This document shows, piece by piece, positions 53,189-64,000 of a stretch of DNA of 64,000 nucleotides. Both the position numbers and the translations under genes were made by a program. Origin of the DNA: Octopus vulgaris (lineage: Eukaryota). The notes under the pieces are model-generated. The model was not told the origin of the DNA. It was given only the letters and a program-made list of their open reading frames with translations, and did not search any database. The stretch lies in the NCBI GenBank assembly GCA_951406725.2, contig OX597829.1, forward strand, positions 37,510,001-37,574,000, written 5' to 3'. Within the stretch, counting starts at the first letter, position 1. Every line of letters starts with the position of its first letter.

Positions 53189-53713
53189 GTACAGTTTCTG
53201 TTTTTGTTTTTTTTTTTAATGCCAAGAAATTATCTTTTCCTTTTTAGATATAAAACAGTTTGAAATAGATTTCACATTTTCTTTTCTGTCAAATAGTTTT
53301 TTTGCATAACACTTCTTTTACATTGGGAGTTTTTTCTCACCCCTTACCTCCAAATCACATGCACTGATTGGGGTTCACTTCAGTGTTATTGTTAACTAAT
53401 CGATTGATCAAATTTTTGATTGTTATAATTTCTTTTTCTCATAGTACTGGGGCCTTTAATGTTTTCTCAATCTGCAGTTGGTGTGTGTGTGTGTGTGTTT
53501 GTCATTCTCATTGTGTGTGTGTGTGTGTGTGTGTGTTGTTTTAAAGTACAAAAATATTGAGTTCAACATATGGTTCAATGCCGTGATTCTTGGAAATTCA
53601 AGTAAGATATTTCTTTGTCTCACTTACACTAATTTTTACTTTAGAATGTTTTTTAAGTAAGCATGAATTCTCATTTAGTAGTAAATATTTTTTGGCGATT
53701 TCCTTTCATTTAG

Positions 53714-53819
53714 GTGAGATATTTGAGCTGAAGGCTGAATTAAACTGTGACAAGAAAGAGAAAAAGAAGGAAGCTGTGAAGAAAGTTATTGCCAGCATGA
53801 CTGTTGGTAAAGATGTCAG
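53714..53819 (+). CDS. AP1B1: beta-adaptin coding exon 2
   Basis: [36 protein letters not shown]; TAG acceptor, GTTAGT donor. Confidence 0.97.
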
Positions 53820-54187
53820 GTTAGTATGTTACTAATTCATTAGATGTTTGTAGGTAGCTCAAGTTATTCTTTTATTTGTTTTTTTTTCTTTTAATCTTTT
53901 TGAACTGTGAGCATGCTAGTTTTATTTTTGTTTCTTCTTAGTCAAATCTCAGTACTTAGTGTGATTGATCTATCTTAACTAGCTCTTCAACTGTAAGATA
54001 TTTTTATTCAGTCGCCATCATCATTTACTGTCTGCCTTCCATGCTGGCATGGCTGGGAGAATGTGTGTATTTGTTAGCCCTCCCTCGCTGGTATATGCTC
54101 ATTTAAATATGTGTGTGTGTATATATAAAGCAGGCATGCATATATATATATATAAATAAATGTATATATATATATATATATTCACGC

Positions 54188-54221
<34 letters not shown>

Positions 54222-54245
54222 GTATATATATATATATATTCACGC

Positions 54246-54278
<33 letters not shown>

Positions 54279-54954
54279 CACATACATACATACATATATA
54301 GTAGATGTTTTATCTTGGTTTGGTTTGATATTTGTGATATCAGTATCTTGGTGCTACAATGGTAAATCATTCTATTAATGTCCAACATTTTTATTTTAAT
54401 ATGGCCGTTCGCCAATCTCATCTGGCACCTGTGTCGGTGGCACATAAAAACACCATCCGAAGACCCGGCAAGACTAGTCAGGCCATAACCCGTAGCCCCT
54501 ACCTTGGGACGTAGTCAGTCCACCTGTGCATACCTTCCTTCTTGTGACACTTGTGAAGACCTGTTGAGGCAAGTGAAAATCAAAATCAAAATCAAAATCA
54601 AAATCAAATCAAAACAAATCAAAATAGATGAACATCAATGGAATTTGTATCCTTGTGGTACCAGTGCCGGTGGCACACAAGAAAACCATCCGAACGTGGC
54701 CGTAGCCAGTACCGCATCGACTGGCCTCCGTGCTGTGGGCACGTAACAAACACCTGTGTCCCTTCGGGCTCCCCAGACCCCAGTTGAACCGTCCAACCCA
54801 TGCTAGCATGGAAAGCGGACGTTAAATGATGATGATGATATCAGTCTCTTAGTGCTAGTATAATGGCTCATTCTATTAATGGGTAAAAATTTAATTATAT
54901 GTTTCTCATTAAAGTCAATATATGTCAAATTTGAAAACAATTTTTTTTTTCTAG

Positions 54955-55090
54955 TGCGCTCTTCCCTGATGTCGTTAATTGTATGCAGACTGATAATTTG
55001 GAATTGAAGAAGTTGGTGTATTTATACCTGATGAACTATGCCAAGAGTCAACCAGATATGGCTATCATGGCGGTTAACACTTTTGTCAAG
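54955..55090 (+). CDS. AP1B1: beta-adaptin coding exon 3
   Basis: [45 protein letters not shown]; poly-T/CTAG acceptor, GTAAGC donor. Confidence 0.97.
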
Positions 55091-55859
55091 GTAAGCTCGA
55101 TATATATAAAGCATCAAGACAGAAAGAGGGAGCGTGTACAAGTGGGAGATTTGAAGGGAGTACAATATCAACACCAACTTCACAACCAGCACCACAAACA
55201 ACATCAGCTCTGTAAACACTACAGCAATCATAAATACAACTCAGTCTACACTCAAACCCTATAACAGGGACAAAACCTGCAAGAGAACATCATAAACTAC
55301 ATAGCCACAGTCACAACAATTAACCAACTGTACACATCAACACACAAAACACTACGCAATAACTACACCACACCAATATACTATGTCAAACAGCTGCTAT
55401 TGCAATGTATGATGGATCTGGTGCATGTATGCATGTTTTTAAAATTTTTTTTTAATACTTGTTTCAGTCATTTTTGACTGCGGCCATGCTGGTGCACCGC
55501 CTTTAATCGAGCAACTCGATCCTGGGACTTATTCTTTGTAAGCCCAGTACTTATTCTATCGGTCTCTTTTGCCGAACCGCTAAGTTACGGGGACATAAAC
55601 ACACCAGCATCGGTTGTCAAGCAATGCTAGGGGGACAATCATAGACACACAAACATACAGGCTCATACATATATATACGACGGGCTTCTTTCCGTTTCCA
55701 TCTACCAAAACCACTCACAAGGCTTTGGTCGGCCTGAGGCTATAGTAGAAGACACTTGCCCAGGGTGCCATGCAGTGGGACTGAACCCGGAACCATGTGG
55801 TTGGTAAACAAGCTACTTACCACACAGCCACTCCTGTATGATGCATATTGCATGTATGA

Positions 55860-56340
55860 TGGATCCATTGTGAAGATTGTCTTGTCTCCTTCGTTTTGTT
55901 GGGAGTAGTAGTTTTTATCTGTCTAATGGCATTGGCAGAAGAGGTTTTGTTGTGGACAAAACGAAAAGGGCTGAAAATAGACATCGTCCTCTCTGGCTTG
56001 TCTCTTATCGAGTTTTTCAAGTTACACTTGAAAAGGAAAATGTGGGTGGAAAAGGAAGTGCTATCTCCCAGTAAATTAGTTAAAAGGTGGATGAGATTGG
56101 CGAATATTGTCTGAGTGAACAAACCTGCTCTGATAATGTACTTCTAGACTGGAGAGGGGCAATGGGTTGAGGGTGCTTGTTTTAGTCATTGTGGTGACCA
56201 GTTTTGTGAGATTTTCACAAGTAACCCCCCAGAAGTCTCCTTTCTTTTGAACAATTTTCTGTTTAAAATTTTTTTTGGTTTTCTTTTTTTTGCACATTTT
56301 TTTAATGTACCCCTCACCCCACTCTATTGTCCTGTACTGT
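55860..56340 (+). mobile_element. Tx1/L1-like LINE 3' fragment
   Basis: VFICLMALAEEVLLWTKRKGL..LIEFFKLHLKRK..FVKRW-like C-terminus. Related copies at ~27340-27900 (+) and ~23690-24120 (-). Confidence 0.55.
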
Positions 56341-57665
56341 CTGTGATGATTTTTGTTAACCTTCAGTGATTAAGAAGGTCACATTATTGAACTTGCAAAT
56401 CATTGAGTAGGAAGAAATCTTTTGTAGTATGTTGTTCAGACTGTTTACACTGAGTTCAAATCTTACAGAAGTCATCTTCATCTTTCATCCTTCTGGAATC
56501 AATAAAATAAAGTAGCATTCAAATAACAGGATCAATGGAATTAACTTGCCCCCCTCCCATTCTCCCACTCTCAACTCACCTTAAATCATTGGCCTTGCAC
56601 CAAAATTATTATTATTCGATGTTACTTTTGGCTTTCATCTTTTTTGGGGGAGGTAGGGAGCAGGTTCGATAAAATGAACTGTCAAATACTGGCATTGATG
56701 TAATAGACTTGTCCCCCTCCCCTCAATTTCCGGCCTTGTGCCAAAATTATAAGCAACTTTTGTTATTATTTATTAGTAGTAGTATGTTACTGAAGACTAG
56801 GTATTTGGGTTTTCTTTTCATATTATTTGTAATAATATACATTAACAGCTGTTGTAGATTTCCTTTAACTATAGTGAAACCCAGCAGGGTAAAAAATTTT
56901 TTTTTTTATTAATGTCAAAATATGGAAATATTTCCAGTGAGCAATGTCGCTCTCTTCAAGTGAATGAATTAAGTTCTGGCTTCGTGAAAAGCAGCTGAGC
57001 TATAGAATGACATTAACATATAATTTGGTATGTGAAATGCTGAAGAGTTGAATAAATAGTAAACTTCCTGAGTCTGAGACTATATTGTCATTTCTAAGCT
57101 GTAGTATCACTCCTGTAGTAATGTTTGGGAAAGGCATGAATGTTACAAATTGCATTTTCCTCAATAGATTTTGATCAAGGACTTGTGAAAGTTCAAGTAA
57201 TTGAGCTGCTTGTTTATCTTATCATTGCACAGAATAAATGTCCTCTATTATTGTATCCTGATAGTATGACATTGTACCAAGATATGATAAGACCTCTTGG
57301 GGGTAAAATCTATGTTCTTATCTTGTGCCTCATTTTATAATTAATTAATGTTCCTTATACATCTTTATTCAATTCATATTTTATCTGGCTATTAATTTGT
57401 ATTCAAAAATAAAAAAAACAAAAAACAAAGTAAAACACCACTTAACCTTTAGTTACCTTCTTATATCTGTTGAAATACAATGCTGTTACTGCAGTTAATT
57501 TTTAAAATAATGAATTTAGTAAAATTATTTTGTCATTATTAAGCTAGTGTTTGGAACACAAATTCACATGAAATCTTTATGGAAAGATAACTTTTAAAAC
57601 AAGAAATTCTTATCATGCAACCAGGGGTGGTGGTCTTAGGGTGGTTGGTATTAAAAGGGTTAATA

Positions 57666-57899
57666 CAAGGCGGTGAGCTGGCATAAACGTTAGCACACAG
57701 GGTGAAATGCGTAGCCGTATTTCGTCTGCCGCTACGTTCTGAGTTCAAATTCCGCCGAGGTCAACTTTGCCTTTCATCCTTTCGGGGTCGGTTAAATAAG
57801 TACCAGTTACGCACTGGGGTCGATATAATCGACTTAATCCGGTTGTCTGTCCTTGTTTGTCCTCTCTGTGTTTAGCCCCTTGAGGGTAGTAAAGAAATA
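57666..57899 (+). mobile_element. tRNA-derived SINE family B, full-length with 19-bp TSD
   Basis: GGCGGTGAGCTGGCA..GAGTTCAAATTCC head and GCCTTTCATCCTTTCGGGGTCG core. TSD GGTATTAAAAGGGTTAATA at 57647-57665 and 57900-57918. Another full copy at 42849-43075. Confidence 0.9.
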
Positions 57900-59122
57900 G
57901 GTATTAAAAGGGTTAATATAATTAAATACAAAAAGTAAGGAACTGACAGAATTGTGAGAGCATCAGACCATATGCTTCATGATATATAGTTTTGGCCTCT
58001 TTGTCCTGAGTTCAGATGTTAGTGAAATTAGTTTTGCCTGCCAATTAGCTGTGATTGATAAACTAAAATACCAGTGAAGCGCAACATAAAGGATCTGTTT
58101 AACTATTTATATGCTTCCTCAAATAGTGGCCTTGTTCCTTGTATAATAAGGGTAATGTGTATGCTTGAAATAGCAGCCAAAACTCTCAAGTTACGTCTTA
58201 CCAGTTTAGTTCTTTTGATACCGACTATCTGGAACCATCCTTGGTTGAATGTTACAAACTTAGTGTTTTAAAGTGTTCTAAATTAAAATTTTTCATCAAA
58301 ATTTATATTCCAAACTCCACCTAAATAATGACAGTTATTTTACTAAATTCTTCGTTATTTTCTGAATTAATTGTAACAATGACATCATATTTTAGTAGAA
58401 ATATGGCAACAAATGGGTTAAAATAAATATTTTAAAAAAAAGCTGCAGGATTAACCCTTTCTTTAATGTATTTTCTGAAAATACATCATCTTTGTAATAC
58501 CATTAATTTTGAAGATGACATAGAATTTAGTAAAATAACTTAGTAATTATTAAGCTGGTGTTTGGAACATAAATTAATGTGAAATTCTGATGGAGGGTTT
58601 TTAGATCACTTTAAAATGGGAAGTTTGTATCATAGAACCAGGATGGTCTCAAACAGGTTGGTATTAAAAGGATTGCATTTGATTATAGATTATCTTAAGA
58701 ATTTACCTGAGGTTAAACTTTATAGGAATATATTCTTTATCACAAACAAGGTAATTTCATTTGGGCTAAACCTCTTGGATAACTCTAATATTATTTATGG
58801 TTAACTGTATACATGTATAGACACAATCTTTTTTATGGTGGCTGACAGGATTTGAACTTAAAATACAACAAGCCAAAACAAATACCACAAAGTATCCTGT
58901 TTGATTTTTTTATGGTTCTGCTAGACCACCACCCTAGACTGGTGCTTTATTGACCCTGGAAAGCAAAGTTGATCTCAGTGGGATTTGAACTCAAACTGCA
59001 TAGAATTAGAATAAATATAACAAGAAATCTTGTCTGTTTCTCTAATGCTTCTGCCAATTTGCTTACTATTGAGTTTATTTTATTTAAAATTAAAATATGT
59101 CATCCTTTTGATATTTATCTAG

Positions 59123-59368
59123 GATTGCGAAGACAGTAATCCATTGATCAGAGCCCTTGCTGTTCGTACCATGGGCTGCATCCGCGTTGACAAAATAACT
59201 GAATATCTCTGTGAGCCACTGCGTAAATGTCTCAAAGACGAAGACCCTTACGTTAGGAAGACCGCTGCTGTGTGTGTGGCTAAACTGCATGACATTAATT
59301 CACAGCTGGTGGAAGACCAAGGATTTTTAGATCTTTTGAGAGATTTGTTATCGGATTCTAATCCAATG
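59123..59368 (+). CDS. AP1B1: beta-adaptin coding exon 4
   Basis: [82 protein letters not shown]; GTAAGT donor. Confidence 0.97.
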
Positions 59369-60071
59369 GTAAGTTGTTTTTGTGTTTGATTTGGAATAAG
59401 TTTGCACTAAATGTGAGTAGCCATGCCAATCCTTGACAAGAACTGCTTCTGAACTCCACTTCTCTAATAATATTATAACCCCTCATCCTCTAGCATGAAG
59501 TTGGTAGTCCTGTGAGTCACACAATGGCTTAATAATGCTGGTGGCACAAAAAAAGCACTCAATCCACACTCTAAAGCAATTGGCATTGGGAAGGGTATCT
59601 AGCTGTAGAAATCATGCCAAAGCAGATCTCTGGAGCTTGATGCAGTCTTTAGACCTATTGGTTCTTGTCAAACCAGCCAATCCATGCTAGCTTGGAACAC
59701 GAATATTGAATGACAATGATAATGTGCATAATGTTTGTGTGTTTGAGAATTTATACATATGTATATGTATGTGTACATATTTTGTTTTTGCAGTCATTAT
59801 CATAAGCACAGGAATGGTTTTGTAGTTATGAAGACACACGGAAAGAAACACTTCAGCACACACATATACATGTGTACTCATCCATGCTTGAGGTATAGGT
59901 GTGGCAAGTGTCATTTGCTATATCCGTAGGCCAGCCAAATCCTTGAGTGGACCAGGTAGATGGAAACTGAAAGAAACCTGTCGTGTGTGTGTGTGTGTTT
60001 CCTTTTCTTGGCATTGCAGGATAATTGTAAATGATTGCCAATGTTATATAATCTGGTTCATTTATTTCTAA

Positions 60072-60445
60072 CTAGCACTATGACCTGGCAACACCGGATC
60101 ATAGTGCTAGTGCATGCATACACAGCTGCGTGCGTGCGCACATACACGCGAGTACTGTCCAAATCTCCGACCAATCACATACAGCTAGCTGGCATTCAAT
60201 TGGCATATTAACTTTCAGGCATTTTGATTGGGTTTTGGATAGAAAATTCACAAAAAAGTCACTTCTATTGATTTTTTTTAATGGCTTTGTTGGGTGACTG
60301 GGGAAATGTAAAGATATGCATGATCACCCTTGGACGGTTTTGAATGACCATAGAAAGTGCGAGCCCTCTAACTGAAAAATTGTGGATTTGTATAAAGGAC
60401 ACACACACATATAGACAGACATTTTGCCGTTTATATATATAGAGA
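60072..60445 (-). mobile_element. Second Helitron-like family with palindromic 3' end
   Basis: A|TCTCTATATATATAAA start. The end is ACTAGCACTATGA-N15-TCATAGTGCTAGT. Confidence 0.6.
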
Positions 60446-60955
60446 TATCCTACAAAAAACATGTCTGGCCATAGGGAAATATTACCTTGCTTTGGGTGTA
60501 GGTGACTGGAAAGGCACCCAGCCATAGGAAATCTACCTCAGTTATCTCTGTCTGACCCATGCAAGCATGGAAATATGTATGTTAAAGCAATGATCATGAT
60601 GGTGAATGGGTCAGACAAGGATATGTTGGGGCAGATTTTCTATAGCAGGACACCCTTCATGTTGCTAATCACCTACATGTTTGCAAGTGAGATAATAGTT
60701 TCCCAGTCCATCAAACAATAAACAGCCTGGATGTATGCAAAGAATAGAAACAATCCTGTATGAATAAGTCTCTGTGTATATGTATATACAAATGTGTGTG
60801 TGTGTGAGTGTGTGCACACACACATTCAATGCATGACAAGTTTCCATGCAGTGGTTGGCTTGACACTATAGTAAATGTTTGCCCAAGGTACCCTACACCC
60901 TGAAACCATGCAACTATGATTCAAGCAAATAAAAGACAACAAAGATTATATGTAA

Positions 60956-61266
60956 CTAGCAGTATCGCCTGGCGTTGCTCGGGTTTGTAAAGGAAATAAC
61001 TATATAAGCATTTTTAGAGAGTTACTTCCCTTATATAAAACCGAGTAAAAAATGCATTAAAAAAACGAAAAAATAATGGTAATTTTTTTTTTAAAATCGT
61101 AGACTCATCGTAGACACGTGCTAATACCCAGAAGGGCTCGATATGAATCACAACTATAAGATATCCGCTTTTGGTTACACTGCACCGCAAAATGTGGGAG
61201 TAGTTAGGAATCTAAATCGCAGTAGACAGACTCTCACACACACAACTTCAGTTTTATATATAATGA
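60956..61266 (-). mobile_element. Non-autonomous Helitron (same family as 34330)
   Basis: A|TC...CCCGAGCAACGCCAGG-CGATACTGCTAG|T. Confidence 0.75.
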
Positions 61267-61306
61267 TATGTTTCTTTGTTTCTTTTTTTTTTGTCCCCTC
61301 CTCAAG

Positions 61307-61431
61307 GTTGTTGCCAACGCAGTGGCTGCCATATCTGAGATTCTAGATGCTTCACCAAGTGCTCAACAAGTATTAGAAATGACCTCCAATACTATTAACA
61401 AGCTTTTGACTGCTCTCAATGAGTGTACAGA
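61307..61431 (+). CDS. AP1B1: beta-adaptin coding exon 5
   Basis: [42 protein letters not shown]; AAG acceptor after a pyrimidine tract, GTAAGT donor. Confidence 0.95.
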
Positions 61432-61773
61432 GTAAGTACTATGTTAGACATTTAATATGATTGTGTGAGAGAAACAGAGGTTTTTAAAAAATGTTACTTA
61501 AAAAAACTTGACATGTCTGATTTTTTGTTTTTTCATACTGTAATACTTCATGATGAAATATGGAAAAAAACTCCATTTTAATTAAAAATAAAAGCAGATC
61601 ACAGTTGTGTTTTCACTGTGTGTGTGTATTAGGATTTTGCTTAGGCATAGTGATACTTATAACCTGCTGTTAGAACCCAATGTACATGTACTTCAAAATA
61701 ATGGGTTAAGCAAGTACAGAGCATATGGAGTTAGAGATATGACGAGGGAACAGGAATTACATAATCAGCTTCA

Positions 61774-61854
61774 TTAGCTTACAGTTGTTTCTGTTATAGG
61801 ATGCAATGTGCTGAGTGTTTGTGCATCACCTTATAGCTTCCTCAGAGCCTCTAA
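61774..61854 (-). ncRNA. Type I hammerhead ribozyme motif (Penelope-type)
   Basis: GGCT-CTGAGGA-long stem II-GAAA-CAACTG-TA-AGCT: canonical core, near-palindromic stem III, GUA cleavage triplet. Confidence 0.7.
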
Positions 61855-62561
61855 AATATGTATGTTTGTATTTACAAATTTGCAACTCTTACAAAAAGCA
61901 TTTTTGAATCAGTTGAAAAAAAAACCCCACTAACAAAGGACAAGGTAACTGAAGAATTTTTAGTATGAAAACAAGGGCAGAAAATAGGATTCAGTACAAT
62001 TCAATTTGGATTTTTCTTCAATTTATATTATGGGTTTCTAAAATACGTGCTTCCATGAATCAATGCTAATATTTAAAGAGAAAGAAATCTTTTTTTTTTT
62101 TTTTTGGTTGGGGTGAGGTCACAGAATAGATACAGTTGTGAATAGTATTTTTTAAAAATCTATAGATTTCTTAAAATTACATTTTCAAGCATTTTAATTA
62201 TTGACTATATTGTTTCATAATATATATTACATGCAATTTGTGAGTGTGCATGGCCTAGTGGTTTGTGTGTTGCACTCATGATTACAAAATCTTGGTCCCA
62301 TTTCTTGGACTGTGTGGGTGTATTGTGTGTCCCTGAGCACAATGCTTCATTTCCTGTTGCTCTGGGACACTTCAACGTCTGATGTTTTGTACACCGTGAA
62401 GCTGTGCAGCTGAAACATTTAATCATATCATATGTAGTCTTTTAGTAAGAAATTGCAGAACATTCTTTCTTGGGTTATGAGAGACTGCCATCATCAACAT
62501 AACATATAATTTAAATGTTTTTTGTTTTTTTGTTTATTTATTTTTTTTTTTTTGTTAACAG

Positions 62562-62630
62562 ATGGGGTCAAGTGTTTATCCTTGATTCGATTTCCAACTT
62601 TACACCAAAAGATGAGAGAGAAGCTCAAAG
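62562..62630 (+). CDS. AP1B1: beta-adaptin coding exon 6
   Basis: WGQVFILDSISNFTPKDEREAQ-S; CAG acceptor, GTAAAT donor. Confidence 0.95.
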
Positions 62631-63626
62631 GTAAATCATTCTTTTCTTTATGGTTTTTATTAATAAAATACTTTCCAGTGTAAAAGATAATTCAACGTTA
62701 ATTTGAATCTCGCATTGAATTCTTACTTTACTTCTAAATACACACCCAGCCACAAAAATGTGTGTATAAATAAACCCAGTTTTTAATATGAACATTGCTA
62801 GAATAGTGAATTGCTAGACTGATTGTCTTCTGGTATTGAATCTTGTGCAATTAGATGCTGGGACCGAATCCCATCACGTTTGACTTCACTTTTGGTAATA
62901 GAAAAAGTCAATTCAATCTATTATAATCTTCCTCAGAATTTGTGAAATGGTTCTAAGGTTACGAATGATTCTGAGGCCATTTTTTACCTAGTAAGGCCTT
63001 GTGGACCCCTCACAGTCTCATTCATCATAGCTCTATTCTCATGATAGAGCTTCATGGTTGGATGCTTTTCCTTTTTGCTAACCTATTTTTAGTCATTGCT
63101 TTCAGTCATGCATGTATTTATTTTAAAACTGGAAATCTGTATTTTATAAGTAGGTAGGGTAGACATTTGAATGGATTTAATGCTAAAAGCTATGTTAAAT
63201 CTATTAGTTTCAGACCTTACCTTTCATTAAAAGTAGGAAAAAAAAAAATGACTTTATCACATGGGCTGAGGAATTGAAATGAAAATGTGATGTGGAGGAG
63301 AGACAATGTGAGAAGGTCAGAAATCTGGGTTGCAAAATGAACAGAGGAGAGAAAAGTTATGAATTGGGGCGATAGAATTAAGAAAAATGCAATGTCTCAA
63401 GCAAGGTTTAAAAAAAAAAGTGAAAGTTCAAGAAAGGTGGGAAAGAGGAACAAGTTAAATATAAGTAGCTGAAGACTAATCATGCACACCTGAATCTATT
63501 CAAGGATAAAAAATATTTGGTATTTCTTTTCATTTTGTAAACTTTTTAGTTATTTTTCTACAGTTACTGATTTTGAGGATTAATGAAATTTACCTTTTCT
63601 TTTTTCAAATTCTTTGATTATTTCAG

Positions 63627-63693
63627 TATTTGTGAAAGAGTTACTCCAAGACTTGCCCATGCTAATGCAGCTGTTGTATTGTCTGCTGTCAGA
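63627..63693 (+). CDS. AP1B1: beta-adaptin coding exon 7
   Basis: ICERVTPRLAHANAAVVLSAVR; TTTCAG acceptor, GTAAGT donor. Confidence 0.95.
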
Positions 63694-64000
63694 GTAAGTT
63701 TCTTTTAAAGTCTACATATTGTTGAGACATTTCAGAGTCTATCATATTGGATTTTATAAATATATTGTACCTCTTTAGTTTTCCTATTTTAAAAAATGTT
63801 TCTTTTAAAAAGAGTGAAAAATTAAGTTTTTAATTATGCCGTCATTGTTTATAATTGAGTATTCTTTACTCAGTGTAATTAACAAAAATTATTTGGGAGT
63901 CTGTCGAATGGGCTGCCCTTAATTTTTTGGTAATTAACTTAATTTTATCACTCCATTTAGCACCACCACCACCTGACCATTGAGTGCCTTTTGTAGAATA

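Larger units (their letters stand above)
33531..63693 (+). other. AP1B1: Gene span: AP-1/AP-2 complex beta subunit (beta-adaptin), 3'-incomplete in window
   Basis: Seven coding exons splice in frame to a protein nearly identical to the N-terminus of human AP1B1/AP2B1. The 5' start is inferred. Confidence 0.9.

Overview
AT-rich, repeat-dense animal genomic DNA. The SINE, RTE and microsatellite make-up suggests a cephalopod, probably Octopus (inference). Two spliced protein-coding genes lie head-to-head. PEX12 is on the minus strand: 7 coding exons were reconstructed from 26182 down to 1323, and the last exon lies left of the window. The single invertebrate AP-1/AP-2 beta-adaptin gene (AP1B1/AP2B1-like) is on the plus strand: a putative non-coding exon 1 near 33.5 kb, 7 coding exons at 53152-63693, and more exons right of the window. 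The divergent PEX12/AP2B1 pairing is the same as in human. The rest is mostly transposon debris: three tRNA-SINE families; RTE, R4/Dong, Tx1-like and Penelope-like retroelements; mariner, Tc1, pogo, piggyBac and hAT MITEs; and Helitrons. Notable non-coding signals are three hammerhead-ribozyme motifs (one with a G3-C8 core covariation, in the sense strand of a PEX12 intron), a terminator-less 5S rRNA copy placed head-to-tail with a SINE, long fold-back hairpins, a 480-bp duplication flanking PEX12 exon 5, and two minisatellites. Most ORFs in the supplied track are spurious.
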